A DNA stretch of 62,309 nucleotides from Salpingoeca rosetta (taxonomy: Eukaryota > Protista > Choanoflagellata), in the NCBI GenBank assembly GCA_033442325.1, contig JAWQFM010000024.1, forward strand, positions 504,185 through 566,493, read 5' to 3'. Position 1 is the first letter of the stretch; each line of letters begins with the position of its first letter. This document shows positions 14,523 to 39,600 of this stretch, piece after piece. A model generated the notes under the pieces. That model worked only from the letters and a program-made list of their open reading frames with translations, ran no database searches and was not told the DNA's origin. A program made the translations under genes and the position numbers.

Positions 14523-14563
<41 letters not shown>

Positions 14564-15521
14564 CACACACACACCACCACCACCCCCACCTTGGGACGGA
14601 CCTGCGAGGCGCTGACGAGCTCGACGTGGATCCTGCGGGCCTCGTTGATGTCGCGGTTGAGGACGGCAAAGACAAAGTTCTGGATGTGGCCAAGCACATC
14701 CGACGAGACGGCGACGCTGTTGGTGAGCAGCCCGTTGAAGAACTGGTCAAGCGCACTCCGCACCCGCGTCGCGTGCTTTGCCTTTGTTTCGTGTGTGTGG
14801 GTTGGAGACGCAAGGGGTGAGAGGTGCATCTTGAAATGGGCACAGGAAACAAAAGCGTTGGAGGAGACTTGCACACACAGTGCACACACAAGATCAGCGA
14901 CACAGCACACGCATATGACACAGCACATGTGCGAGACGCACATCGAGGGACTTGAGGGCGAGATCGACGTTGGTGCGGAGACTGTTGACAAACGTGACCA
15001 TTTCCGGCGACGCCTGCGGCTGCTCCCAGCACCACGTCAGGATGATGTGATCGAGGAGTTGGGGTGTGGTGATGTGAAGTGTGATTGGATTGTGGGGTGA
15101 GAAGGGCGACCGTTCGAAGACATGCGGAAGAGGAAGAGGGACTGGTAGGTTGAATGTGGTGGCGTGCAGTGCACCCCGGAACAGGTTCAGCCAAGGCATC
15201 GATGGTTCAACGTCTGTTATGCAACAAGCACCAGCAGACAGCCGCGCATGCACTCACATACCTGGACCTTTGGCTGCTCGGGCTCCGTAACAGGCGGTGC
15301 TGCTTCATGGACCAACGAGAACAGTTGAAGGTGAGGCAACGACACGATGGTGAGAGATGACTGAAGGCACAGAAAAGCAGCAACAGGCATGACGCTACAG
15401 TGCAACGCAGTTGAGAAACACTCACGTGCGTTCTTTGTTGGGTCGAAGAACATTGGCTGCTGTTGATGACGCAGGTTGACAAGGCCGTGAAGAGAGAGTG
15501 AGTGTGTGTGTGTGAGAGTGT

Positions 15522-15590
<69 letters not shown>

Positions 15591-17008
15591 GGTGAGAAAC
15601 CGGTCACACACACAGGAATACAAGAACAGACAGACACATACACGCGAACACAAGAGCACAAGAAAACGCGCACACACACATAGACATACACACACACCGC
15701 AGGTTGCGACGAGCTGGAACCGAAGCGCGGGTTGGGTCGCTTGGTTGGGATGACTGCCGGAACATCATTCCACCCGCCCTCGTCCCTGTCCTTTTGCGTC
15801 ATGGCGCCAATCGACACGCCGCCAACACCGCCTGTGCGCGCGTGCGCAGGTGCAGGTGCATGTGTGTTTGCTGCTGCAGCGGGCTGTGCGGGCGCACCTG
15901 TCCCGTTTGTCTGCTGCTGGCCCGGCATGAAGAACTGCATCGGCTGCTGCACGGGCTGTGTTGGCTGCACGGGCTGTGTTGGCTGCACGGGCTGTGTTGG
16001 CAGGTGTACTGGTTGCGTGGATTGCACCGGCTGTGTGGGTTGCGAGGGCGGTTGCGTTGGTTGCGTTGGCTGTGCTGGCACTGCTGGCTGAGTTGACTGT
16101 ACGGGAACGGCTGCCTGTGCTGGCTGAGTTGGCTGAGTTGGCTGAGTTGGCTGAGTTGGCTGGCTTGCCGGCGAGAAGAGGGCGGCAGCGTTGCCCGGTT
16201 GTGGTTGTGGCTGTGTCGTCAGCTCGCCACTCGTCGGTGCTGCCGGCGACAGCGGCGCTGCGTCCACGGGAGCAGATGCGGCGGTGTCTGCTGGCGTCAC
16301 TGCTGTGCTTGCTGTTGCTGTTGGCAGTTGTGCTGCTGATGGTGGGGCTGCTGATGGTGGGGCTGCTGATTCCAACGCAGGCGGTGGTGCGACGGCAGCG
16401 GGCTGTGTGCTGTCGGTGGCCGGCTGAGTAGGTGCTGCGCTCACAGCGGCAACGTGGGCTGGGGGTGGCGTCACAGCCACGGGTGGCGGTTGTGGCACAG
16501 ACTCCTCCGCCGTTGGCACTGCCGCCATTGGCGCTCGTGTCTCCGTTGTCGCGTGTGCTGCTGGCGGAGGCGCGATGGCCGTTGTGGCCGAGGATGTCGC
16601 TGTTGGGGCTGTATCGAGGGCGGTTGGATTGGGCGCAGACACAGCTGGCAGCACTGCAACGGGCATGAGTTTGATGTGTGTGTGTGAGTGGGCGAAAGGA
16701 GAAAGAGAGGCATTGTGTGTGTGCGCGCGCGCGTGTGTGTGTGACTTGAGGGAATTACAGTTCGCCAGCGGTCACCAGCGGTCACAAGCGGACATGCAAG
16801 CTGCATCTGTCATCGCTCAGCAAACACTCTGCATTCAGCACCCACGCGGTTGTGCCCGTATCGTGTCCGTACCGAATGCCTGCTTCTCCGGGTGGTAGTC
16901 GGGCGGGGTCTGGGGTTCGGCAGGCCCGTTCGTGTCATCCTCAATCTGCACCGGGCGGGAGATGAGGTCAGGTACACATGTGCACATGCACAGTTGCACA
17001 CACACACA

Positions 17009-17058
<50 letters not shown>

Positions 17059-17065
17059 TTCACAT

Positions 17066-17135
<70 letters not shown>

Positions 17136-17324
17136 CCGTCCAACTCATGCCCGTTGCACTGCACTGACCGGGACGCCGAAGAACTGAGCAATGGCGTCGA
17201 GATGGATGCGTTCAGACTGCGACAGCGTCTCCAACTGCAATCATGAGCGACACACGCACACACACACACACATACACGTGTGAAATTGGGATTCGTTGTT
17301 TGCGGGTGCATCCGCTGTACCACC

Positions 17325-17400
<76 letters not shown>

Positions 17401-17899
17401 TGCGCGCGCGTGTTTCTCTGTCCTTCACACATGTGCTGCACTTACGTAAGCTGGCCCACGACGAAGGTAGTTGAGAAGAGTTTGAAACTCGTTTGGGTTT
17501 TGCTCCACGAACACGGGCTGTGACATACAGAGAAAAGCAGGGTGTGAGGAAGACGCAGCAGTGTGGCGTTGAAGTACACAGGTACATGAGTACACACAGA
17601 GCAACACACAGACACAGACACACACACACATAGACACACAGGCACAGACATACACACAGGCACAGACATACACACACAGGCACAGACATACACACACGCA
17701 CACAGACATAGGCGCACCTCCTGTGTTTCTTCAAAGACGCGGCAACAGTTGGCAAGGTAGCTCTCCTCGGGCACGTCTTGGATGGTGGTGTGGGAGAACT
17801 CAAACACGGTGCCGCCAAGCTTCACAGAGAACTGAGGAGCAAACAAGACACAAATGGAGTTGAGAGTGGCAAAGAGGAAAAAGTGGTAGAAGCAAAATT

Positions 17900-17960
<61 letters not shown>

Positions 17961-18371
17961 CAAACACACCACACAAAATTCCACGACTGTACCGTACCGT
18001 CTTGGATTGGAGCTCGCGAATGGAGGCAATTTCCTCGCGCTGCTGCTCAAGACGCTCCTCTTGCTCACGAAGCTCCTGCTCACGCTGGGCCAGTTCCTCC
18101 TCCTGCACAAGTGAACCCACAACGCGTTGAGCCCAACATCAGACCACGAGAAAACGAAACAACACGTACACACGCACACGCACGCACACGCACACACACA
18201 CACACGCACACACACGCACACAAGCCGCACCCGGAGTTGGAGCTCTGCAACGTGGGCTTCAATAGCTGCGCGCACGGCGTCCATGCCAGATGTCACAGAC
18301 GACTGCACCGCCTCCAGACCAGAGGCAACGGAGCCCTGTGCATCCTCAAACGCTGCCAGGATGTCGTCCAT
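14410..18371 (-). CDS. Coiled-coil + KCTD-type BTB/POZ + Pro/Gln-rich linker + SRA1/Sec31 C-terminal-like domain
   Basis: BTB: [42 protein letters not shown]. The 73-nt exon 16945-16873 joins exon 16653-15698 in phase 1. A GGWNDVP motif is present. The C-terminus ([39 protein letters not shown]) resembles the SRA1/Sec31 helical domain. About 12 exons. Confidence 0.75.
16651..17162. repeat. Inverted repeat (17 bp perfect, 20/21 extended): 16655-16671 vs 17142-17158
   Basis: tgcaacgggcatgagtt and aactcatgcccgttgca are exact reverse complements and are not microsatellite sequence. Confidence 0.92.
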
Positions 18372-18937
18372 GGTCGGTTGTCGTGTCGATGTGGTTGCTG
18401 GGGGTGATGAACTCGTGCACCTATTTTCTGATGTCGTGCCTGTCTTCACATTAAGGCAACATGCACGACACACGACCGTGGTGGTGGAGACGACGGTGTA
18501 TTGAAACGAAAAGTGAGCGACTGGTCATACACAGCAACAACAGCAACAACAGCAGTAGCCAACACGCCACAGCACACGTACGCACACGCACAAGTGCATG
18601 CACCCCAACACGTGGCACAGAGAAGTAAAGCAAGCCAGCAAGCAAGCAAGCAAGCGAGCAGGCCAGCACGCAAGCGAGCGAGCGAGCGTTCCCACACTCA
18701 ACACTCAACGACCGACCAACCAAACCAACCAAACCCACCAAACCAACTCCTGCCAACACCGCAACCACTCACTGACGTTGAATCGGGAAAAGTGATTGAA
18801 AATACACATAGAATTCGGCAAATCGCCAACGACAACAAACCAAACACACCACCACAACACAAACACCACGCTGTCTCCTTCGTTCTGTTCTGTCTTGTGT
18901 TTGCGTCCACCAACACCTTTTTGCACGGACAAGGAGC

Positions 18938-30480
<11,543 letters not shown>

Positions 30481-31219
30481 TGCTTGATGCGCCTGCTCCA
30501 TGATAGTGACCGTTGTGATTGTGGTGACTGACCGCAACACACGTTGTCGCATCTCCTCCTTTCATTGTGTTATTTATGGACACCTCACTGATTCGATGCA
30601 CGAGTAAATGAAGATAATTCGTGGTCAGCTCACACAGTTCTTCCTCACAAATTATCATGTACACGAAAAAAAAAATTCAAACAACGCTGCATACCACACC
30701 CTTCTTCAACTGGCCAATCACAGAACAGATTGCCGCCCAGCTAGCTTGATTGCTTGGCTTGGCTTCTTGGCTTGACCCCACCTTTCGTTTGTTTTACCCC
30801 ACGCCCTACGACCCACATCTCACTGGTCGTTGCTTCTTGCTGGTGTGTCGTTGCTTCCTTCTGCTGACATCACATCGACAGCAGGTAAGCAAGTCGTGGC
30901 AGATGGCATTGGCAGGTTCCTCATTGATGACGCCATTGTTTTTCAGTTTACCCCTGCGCCACATCTGCAAACTACACCTTTGATGTGCACGCACACACAC
31001 TCACACACTTATACTCACACACACACACACACACACACACACTCTCTCTCTCTCTCTCTCTCATTCTTTCCTGCGTTTGCGCTTTACCATCGACCGCCCA
31101 AGGTGTGGACGTTCGTTCGCCCTTCCTTCACCCCGTTCTTCTTTCGTCCTTCTTCTTCTGACACAACTCCGACGTGGTCACGCTTTGCCTGCACATTCGC
31201 AGCCCAGACAACCACCGTC

Positions 31220-33623
31220 ATGGCGCTACGCCTGGCTCGTGCGGGTCTTTTCCTGCTCGCAGCAGCAGCGCTCTTCTTCATCAGCCCATTAGGTACAACC
31301 ACATCAAACACAAACACACACACACGCACACATACATGAACGCGTACACACGAGATTTGCTCGTTGTGGCGTTACCTGTTGGAAGGGTGTGTGGTTGATG
31401 TTGCATGTGACATCTTTCACGTACCGATCAAGTCTCGGCTCAGGGGCGCAGTAGCAACAACACTTCCACCAACAACACCAACACCCACAAGACCAAATGC
31501 CGTCAATCCCAAGCCACGCCAGCGGTTGCCATTTCTCACCGCTTGCTCTTGCTGCTCTCATTGCTTTCATCCTCCCCCCCCCAATATGTTGTGACAGGCG
31601 CAGAGGCAGCCTGCCCTTGCCAGAACGGCGGCACCTGTGTTGGTGACACATGCTCATGCGTGCCAGGGTTCTCTGGCGACTCGTGTGAGACGCTCGAGGA
31701 TTGCTACCTGGTACAAGCGCACCTGTACCAGCAGCTTGGAACGCTGGTGAACCCGTGCTTGAATGGCGGCGTGTGTCAGCCGTCAGGAGAGTGTTTGTGC
31801 CCCGTCACGGCATCGGGCTCCTTCTGCGAAAACATCGTCGATCCGTGCGCGGGCGATGCCAACCCGTGCCTGAACGGCGCAACCTGTGCTGTTGACAACG
31901 GCGCAGTCGTGTGCAACTGTGCGCCCGGCTTTGAAGGCAGCACGTGCAGCGAAGTTGTGCAGCCGTGCGTGCCAGATCCATGCCAGAACGGCGCCGCGTG
32001 CGTGCAGACGGGCCCAGAATCGTATATGTGTGAGTGCACCATTGGCTGGGGTGGCGACGACTGCTCTCTGGCCGTGGACCCTTGCACCTTTGACCCCTGC
32101 AACAACGGTGGCGAGTGCACTTCATCCGGTGCCGACTACTCATGCACGTGTGCCCCGGGCTTTGTCGGCCCAACCTGCGACATCGGTGCGTTGCTTGTTG
32201 TGTTGTGGTGGTTTGGTGTGCAACGTGTTCGTGTGATGTGATTGTGTGATGCACCTGCTGTGCCCGCGATTTTACCGAGAGGGTACGAGCGTTCGTGAGG
32301 GTGGGTATGCTGTGCACACACGACGAGCACCTGCACGAACTACACGGGTTGCATGGTTTGGTGTGCAAGGGGTTGGCTCTATGCTGCTTGAAGTGTACAT
32401 GTGGGTGCGTTGATTGTCTGTGCATCACCATCAACACCATCAACACGAGATCGATGCCCATGAACTTGACCGTTTCCATTTGTTGTTTGAACACACCCTC
32501 TGTATCTGTTCTGCATCGCTCTCAACTCATACAGAGTGCACGGATAGTGGTTGCGCCGAGTGCCTGACAACAGACCCGTCCGTGTGCACGCTGTGCCAGG
32601 CGCCACTGTATTTGCACGACAACGTGTGTCTTGACACGTGTCCCTCGGGCCTCGTCACTGATCCGTACTCGAGCGTTCCCAGCGACAGCACAGAGATCGG
32701 ACCACGTGTTTGCGGCGGTGAGCGACTCAGATGTGGAAGGGATTGGGTGTGTGTGTGTGTTGGAGCGGGGGTGGGAGAGACAAGGGGGAAGGCAAGAGTA
32801 CGAAACAGTGCATGCGCTGTCCAATACGTATGCATGTGCGTGTGCGTGTGCGTGTGCGTGTGCGTGTGCGTGTGCGTGTGCGTGTGCGTGTGCGTGTGCG
32901 TGTGCGTGTGCGTGTGCGTGTGCGTGTGCGTGTGCGTGTGCGTGTGCGTGTGCGTGTGCGTGTACGTGTGTGTGTGCGTGTGCGTGTACGTGTGTGTGTG
33001 TCGAAAACGAAGACCATTGCAACAGGCCTCACCCACTCGATTTCACATGACATCCATCACCGCTCACGCTGCCACCATTATCCACGACACCCATCATCAC
33101 CAACACCAAGAGTGGACTGGCGTGCCCAAGCTGGAGGGCGCGTTGTTTCACACGAGCGTCACGCCTGCGGAGGTGTGCCGTCGGCTCGGGCTGTCCTGGA
33201 GTGACGAGCTCTCGCTTGCCGCGCCCACAACCGGCCGGTCCACGGTGTGCAGCATCTGGTACCCAGGTGCAGAGCTGGTGGAGTTTTCGCCGTGCGACAG
33301 CGAGCCCCACCTGGCCAGCATCACCTGCTCCGCGCTGTGCGGGCTGAACTGCGACGTGTGCCAGGACTCGTCCACGTGTGACGTGTGCGAGGCTGGCTAC
33401 TTTGTCAGTGCTTCTGGTACCTGCGTGCCTTCCTCAGAGTGTGGCAGTGGCTTCTACGCCGACACGACCACGGGCAACTGCCAGCGTGAGTTCTAGTGTT
33501 GACAAAACGAGGGGACTGACAGTCTCGAACAGTATGCCTGACTTGTCATGACGATGGTCTTCACGCATGCAGACACACATGCGCACCCACATCACTCGCA
33601 ACCATGCACATAATGTGCGCAAT

Positions 33624-33679
<56 letters not shown>

Positions 33680-36600
33680 ACACACGCACACACACACACA
33701 CATACACACACGCGCGCGCGCGCGCAAAATGCACGCAATACACACATGCGCTTGATGCTGCTTGCTCGCCTTTCTTCCTCACCACTCCATGCCCCCATTC
33801 CCTTTCCCCCTCATTTACAGCCTGCCAGGAGTGCGCGAGTGGATCGTATGCCACCGCCACATGTACAGAGTTTGCCGACACCGTGTGCGAGGACTGGACT
33901 GTGTGCAGCGAAAACCAGATTGTGTTTATTGCGGGCTCGTCGACGCGTGACGTGGTGTGCCGCACATGCAGCACGTGCGGTGCCAACCAGTATGTGAGCC
34001 GTCGTTGCTTCGTGCAGACCGTCAACAATTTACCCGTGTTCCGTGACACCGCATGCAGCACATGCACGACCTGCGATGCCGGCGAGTTTGTGGAGCAGGC
34101 GTGCACCGCCACCACCGACACCGTCTGTGGCGTGTGCTCCACCTGCCCAACTGGGTTCTACGTCAGCACACCCTGCACGTCCGCCCAGGACACCGTGTGC
34201 AGTGCAATCACCGCCTGTGCCGCTGGGGAGTACATCAGCAAGGCAGCGACACCCAACGCCGACCAGCAGTGCTCCCCCATCACTGAATGTGTTGCTGGGG
34301 AGGAGTATCTTGCCACGCCGGCCACCGCCACCTCCGACAACGTGTGCCGCCCCATCACCGAGTGCGGCGCAAACCAATATGAGCTCCATGCTCCCACAGA
34401 GACAAGCGACCGTGTGTGCACGGCGTGCAGCACGTGCCCCACCAACGAGCACATCGTGTTGGCTTGCGGAGGCACGCAGGACACGCAGTGCAGTGGCTGC
34501 AGCACCTGCACGCCCGGCGAGACGTTCATCCAGCAGCCGTGCACCGTCTTCTCGGACACCGTGTGTGCACCGTGCAGCGAGTGCGCAGCTGGCACGTTCC
34601 TCGTCGCCACTTGCGCCGGCCCAGATGACACCGTGTGTGGACCGTGCACGCCTTGCTCCAGCACACAGTACCAGGTGGAGGCGTGCACCAGCACCCGCAA
34701 CACCCAGTGCGCTGCGCTGACGGTGTGCTCCTCGACAGAGTACGAGTCGGTCGCTGCAACGGCTACCACAGACCGCACGTGCGTGGCCGTGTCGACGTGC
34801 GGCACCAACGAGTACCAGAGCAAGGCGCCCACGACGACCACCGACCGTCAATGCAGCGCCGTGACCACGTGCACGGAAGACGAATTTGAGCGCTACCCGC
34901 CCTCGCGCGTCACGGACCGCGTGTGCGCCGCGCTGACCGTGTGCCACGCTGAGCTGCAATATGAGCTGGTGGCACCAACCACCACCTCCGACCGCGTGTG
35001 CCGTCGCCTGACCACGTGCAGCCTGGACGAGGGCACGTACGAGCTTTTCGCGCCCACGGCAACCACAGACCGCGTGTGTGCACCCGTGCGCGAGTGTGAG
35101 GAGGGCGCCGAGTATGAGGCCACCGCGCCCACGCCCACCTCCAACCGCGTGTGCCAGCCGCTCTCGCCATGCCCGGAGCAGCTGACATACGAGGCTGTTG
35201 CAGCAACCCCAACCTCGGACCGCACGTGCCTGGCGGACAAGTACTGCAGCTTCAGCGCCGAGCTGACCAACTTTGCTGGCGACGGCAGCGGCCGCGTCTT
35301 CGCCACATTCACCGACCCCACGGCCCACCTTGACCTGCAGATTGTGTCTGACGCCAAGGCGTGCGCAGACCAGTGCTTCCTGCGCAGCAGCTGCAAGGGG
35401 TTTGTTCTGGCACTGGAGACGGTGACGACGACAACGTCCGCGTCCACCGCACTCACCTGCACGCTGCTTTCGCGCCTGGGCGACGCCCACGGCGTGACAA
35501 CCGGCCTGGTGACGGCGTCCTATGCCCGCGTGGCCGTGCAGGAGTACGAGGTGCAGTCGCCGACGACCAGCACGCCACGGCAGTGTGCTGCCGTCACGCA
35601 GTGCAGCCCGGAGGTGGAGTTTGAGATTCTTGCGCCAACAGCGACAACAGACCGCGAGTGCAGCGCGCTGACGCAGTGCGAAGCCGCGGCGGAGTACGAG
35701 ACAGTGGCCCCAACAGCCACGTCCGACCGCGAATGTGTTGCGCTCAGCACGTGTAACGAGGAGCTGGAGTACGAGGCAACGCCGCCCACGGCCACCACAG
35801 ACCGCGTGTGCGAGCTGTTTACAAGCTGCCTTGCCACGGAATACGCGGTTGTGCTTGCGTCACCCACCAACGATCGCGTGTGCGAAGCGCTGACAACTTG
35901 CAACTTTGCCCAGCAGTACGAGACAGTGGCACCCACCTTCAGCAGCGACCGAGAGTGCACGGCCCTGAGCGTGTGCTCTGGTGCCGAGTACGAGCTGCAG
36001 CCGCCCTCTGTCACGCAGGACCGCGTGTGCGAGGCCGTGTCCATGTGCACGAGCACCGAATATGAGGCGCGTGCGCCCACGGAGAGCAGCGACCGCGTGT
36101 GTCTGGCGCTGACGGAGTGCCTGGCGGGCGTGCAGTTTGAGCTGCAGCCGCCAACGGCGACGACGGATCGCGTTTGCACCACATACACGGCGTGCCGCCC
36201 CCTGACAGAGTTTGAGTCTCGCGCGCCCACAACCACCACAGACCGCGTGTGCAGCCCTTTTACCGTGTGCGATCCCGCTGCCCAGTACCAGTCTGTGCCG
36301 GGCACGGCCACCTCCAACCGGGTGTGCACGGCGCTGACGCAGTGCGAGCTTGGCATCACCTTTGAGACGCAGGCGCCCACGCCCACCATGGATCGCGTGT
36401 GCTCTGCGTGCTCGACATGCGATGCTGGCGCGGGCGAGGTCATCACTGGGGAGTGCTCGCTCACCGCAGACACGGCGTGCATGGCGTGCCCGTGCCAAAA
36501 CGGCGTGCAGTGCACACAGCTCAACCCTGTGGGCTACAAGTGCGAGTGTCCAGCCGGCCTGAGCGGTGAGTTCTGTGAGATTAACGCGGACGACTGCGCC

Positions 36601-39600
36601 TCATCGCCGTGTCAGAACGGAGCAACCTGCGTTGACCTGATCAACGGGTACGAGTGCAACTGCTTCCCTGGCTGGAGCGGCGAGACATGCACGGTACTCG
36701 CAAACTGCAACGCATACCGCTTCGAGGTGCTTGCGCGCACGGGCCTGCGCATCAACCCGTGTGCACCGGGCACGTGCGACGCGGATGACACGTGCTCTTG
36801 CCCATCTGGCTTCACGGGCAGCTACTGCGAGGTGAACATTGACGACTGCGAGAGCCACGCATGCGAGAACGGCGGCACATGCGTCGACGGGGTCAACTCG
36901 TACACGTGCAGGTGTCCCGTTGGCACCTACGGTGACCTGTGTGAGTTCAACGAGGACGACTGCTTCGATGGCGCGTGCCAGAACGGCGGCACCTGTGTGG
37001 ACGGCATCAACTCTTACACGTGCGACTGCCCACCAGGGTTTGTCGGCGAGACGTGTACGGAGGAGACCATCGAATGCAGCCCAAACCCGTGCGAGAACGG
37101 CGGGACTTGCATCGAAGGGCAAGCCACCTTCACCTGCGACTGTCCGTCAGGGTTTGGTGGCCCAACGTGCGCAGACATCTGCCCACAGGACTGCGTGTCC
37201 TGCTCTTCCGCAGACGTGTGCACGATGTGCACCAACTACAAGTATCTTGATGCTGGTGAGTGCCGCGACTCGTGCGCGGCATCTTCATCGCTTGCGGACG
37301 TGTACGGTGCTGTTGAGTACAGGAGTGGCTCCTCGGCTGCCACTGCCCACGAGACGGGCCGGGTGTGCGGCGCGTGGACGGGCCAGCCCGTGCTGGACGG
37401 CTACCTCTTCCATCGCACGTGGACTGTAAATGCGCTGTGCGAGGCCATTGGTCTCGCACCACCGACAGACGCCCTGGTCGCAGCGACAGAGACCCTGATC
37501 AGCTACGACCGCATGGGCGTGTGTCGCATCTGGTACCCGAGCCAAGGCCTGGTCACCCTGGTACAGCAGCCGCCTTGCGACGACAGCGAGCCGTACGTGA
37601 GCGAGGTGACATGTAGCGCCCTGTGCGTGGACACGGGCTGCGGCGCGTGTGACCTCAGTGGTCGCTGCACGAGCTGCGTGTACCCGCAGCTGCTCAAGGA
37701 TGGCGCCTGTGTTTCAGAGAGCGAGTGCGGTGTTGGCTTCTTCGCCCACGTGGCTGAGGACGGCTCTGGCGTGTGTGAGGCGTGCACGGTGTGCGGCGCA
37801 GACGAGTACGAGACGACGCCCTGCAGCTTGGATGGCAATCGCGAGTGCGCTCCGCTCACGGCTTGCGACGCCTTTGGCGAGTTCTTCGTGCTGACGGCTG
37901 CCACGGCCACGACGGACCGCGTGTGCAAGGCGTGCACGGTCTGCGACAGCGACGCATTTGCCAGTGGCGGCTGCCAGGGCGAGCAGGACACGCTGTGCCA
38001 GCCCCTGACGCGCTGCTCCCAGGACCAGTACGAGGCCGTTGCTGCGACGCCAACGAGCGATCGCGTGTGCATGGACATCAGCAAGTGTGCAGCTGAGGCG
38101 GGCGAGTACGAGTTTGCGGCGCCAACGGCAACAACAGACCGCATTTGCTGTGCAGATGGCACGACGGGCCCGCAGTGCAGCGAGCCGTCCTCGGATTGCT
38201 GCATGAACGGTGGAACGTGCGTGCAGGATGCGCTTGGCACCGGGCGGGAGTGTGTGTGCATTCCCGGGTACGCCGGTGTCTCGTGCGAAGTTCTCCAGGA
38301 CTGTCTCATGGTGGTGGGCTACTTTGCGTCGGAGACAGGTTCGCGCCTGGATCCGTGCGAGAACGGCGGCATGTGTCAGTACGACGTGGCAGAGCAGCGC
38401 GGTGTGTGCCAGTGCCAACCCGGGTTTGCCGGCGACGCCTGCGAGGAGAGCGCATTCATGGCTGGTGACGTGATCCCTGGCTACGAGCTTGTGCACGTTG
38501 GTGGTAATGGTGGGCGTCGTTTCACCACCGCCTTTGACGCGGCCAGCACCATCCTGGTCCTGCACAACGTGCTTGAGGCCACCTGTGTGCTTGAGTGCAA
38601 CACGCAGGAGGCGTGCGAGGGCATTTTCTTCTGGCAGCGGTCGGCGACGGAGCTTCGCTGCTACCTCCTGAGCGACACTGGCTCGTCTGCTGGGGTCGTG
38701 ACCTCCACAGACTCGTTCAGCTACGCCAAGGTGCACACGACGACGACCACAACCACGACCACCACGACCACCACGACCACGACCACGACGACGACCACGA
38801 CGACGACCACGACGGACGCATTTGACTTTCCATTTTCAGACAATGGCTACGACGTTGTGTTTGCTGGGGTGCAGGGCACAAGCAGCGATGGGCCCCGCCG
38901 GTTTTCGACCGCCTTCCAGAGCCAATACGAGCTTGCGGTGCTGGACGTTGATGCGGCCATTGAGTGCCTGCAAGAGTGCGATGCACTGGATGCGTGCGCT
39001 GGTGTGTTCCTGAGGGAGGCGACAACGACCATGCGATGCCACCTGCTGTCAGACCTTGGCGCAGAAGCGGGCATTGCCACGTCCACGACGTCTCTTTCGC
39101 TGCGCAAGCTGCTGGACACAACCACAACCACGACGACGACGACGACAACAACGACGACAACAACGACAACAACGACAACCACCACGACGACGACGACCAC
39201 GGATGTGCTCGGGTTTGCGTTTGAGGACAACGGCTACGTTGTTGTGTTTGAAGGTGTGCAGGGCATGAGTGGTTCCCCGAGGCGCTTCAGCTCTGCATTT
39301 GTGCCCTCCTTGGAGTTGGCTGTGGTGAGCACAACACAGGCGCGCACATGCGTCAATCTGTGTGATGCTGATGACAGGTGTTTGGCTCTCTTCATCTTTG
39401 AGCGGTCGTCAGACTACCAGTGCCGGTTGCTTGCTGAGTTTGGGACCGAAACGGGCACTGCCACCTCCACAACGTCGCTGTCTCTCGTGAAGCTGCCAAA
39501 GACGACCACCACCACATCTACGACAACTACAACAACCACAACGACCACAACTACAACATCAACCACGACGACCACGAGCAGCACCACGACGACAACAACA

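Noticed and set aside
18816-18840. Weak RFX X-box-like motif upstream of the NACHT-TPR gene, and the idea of a ciliary gene cluster
   Set aside because: The motif has several mismatches to consensus in a repeat-rich context, and three loosely cilia-related genes in 60 kb is compatible with chance.
34200-36420. Regularly spaced gaccgcgtgtgc motifs that look superficially CRISPR-like
   Set aside because: They encode the DRVC motif of protein repeats with synonymous variation; the context is eukaryotic and there are no cas genes.
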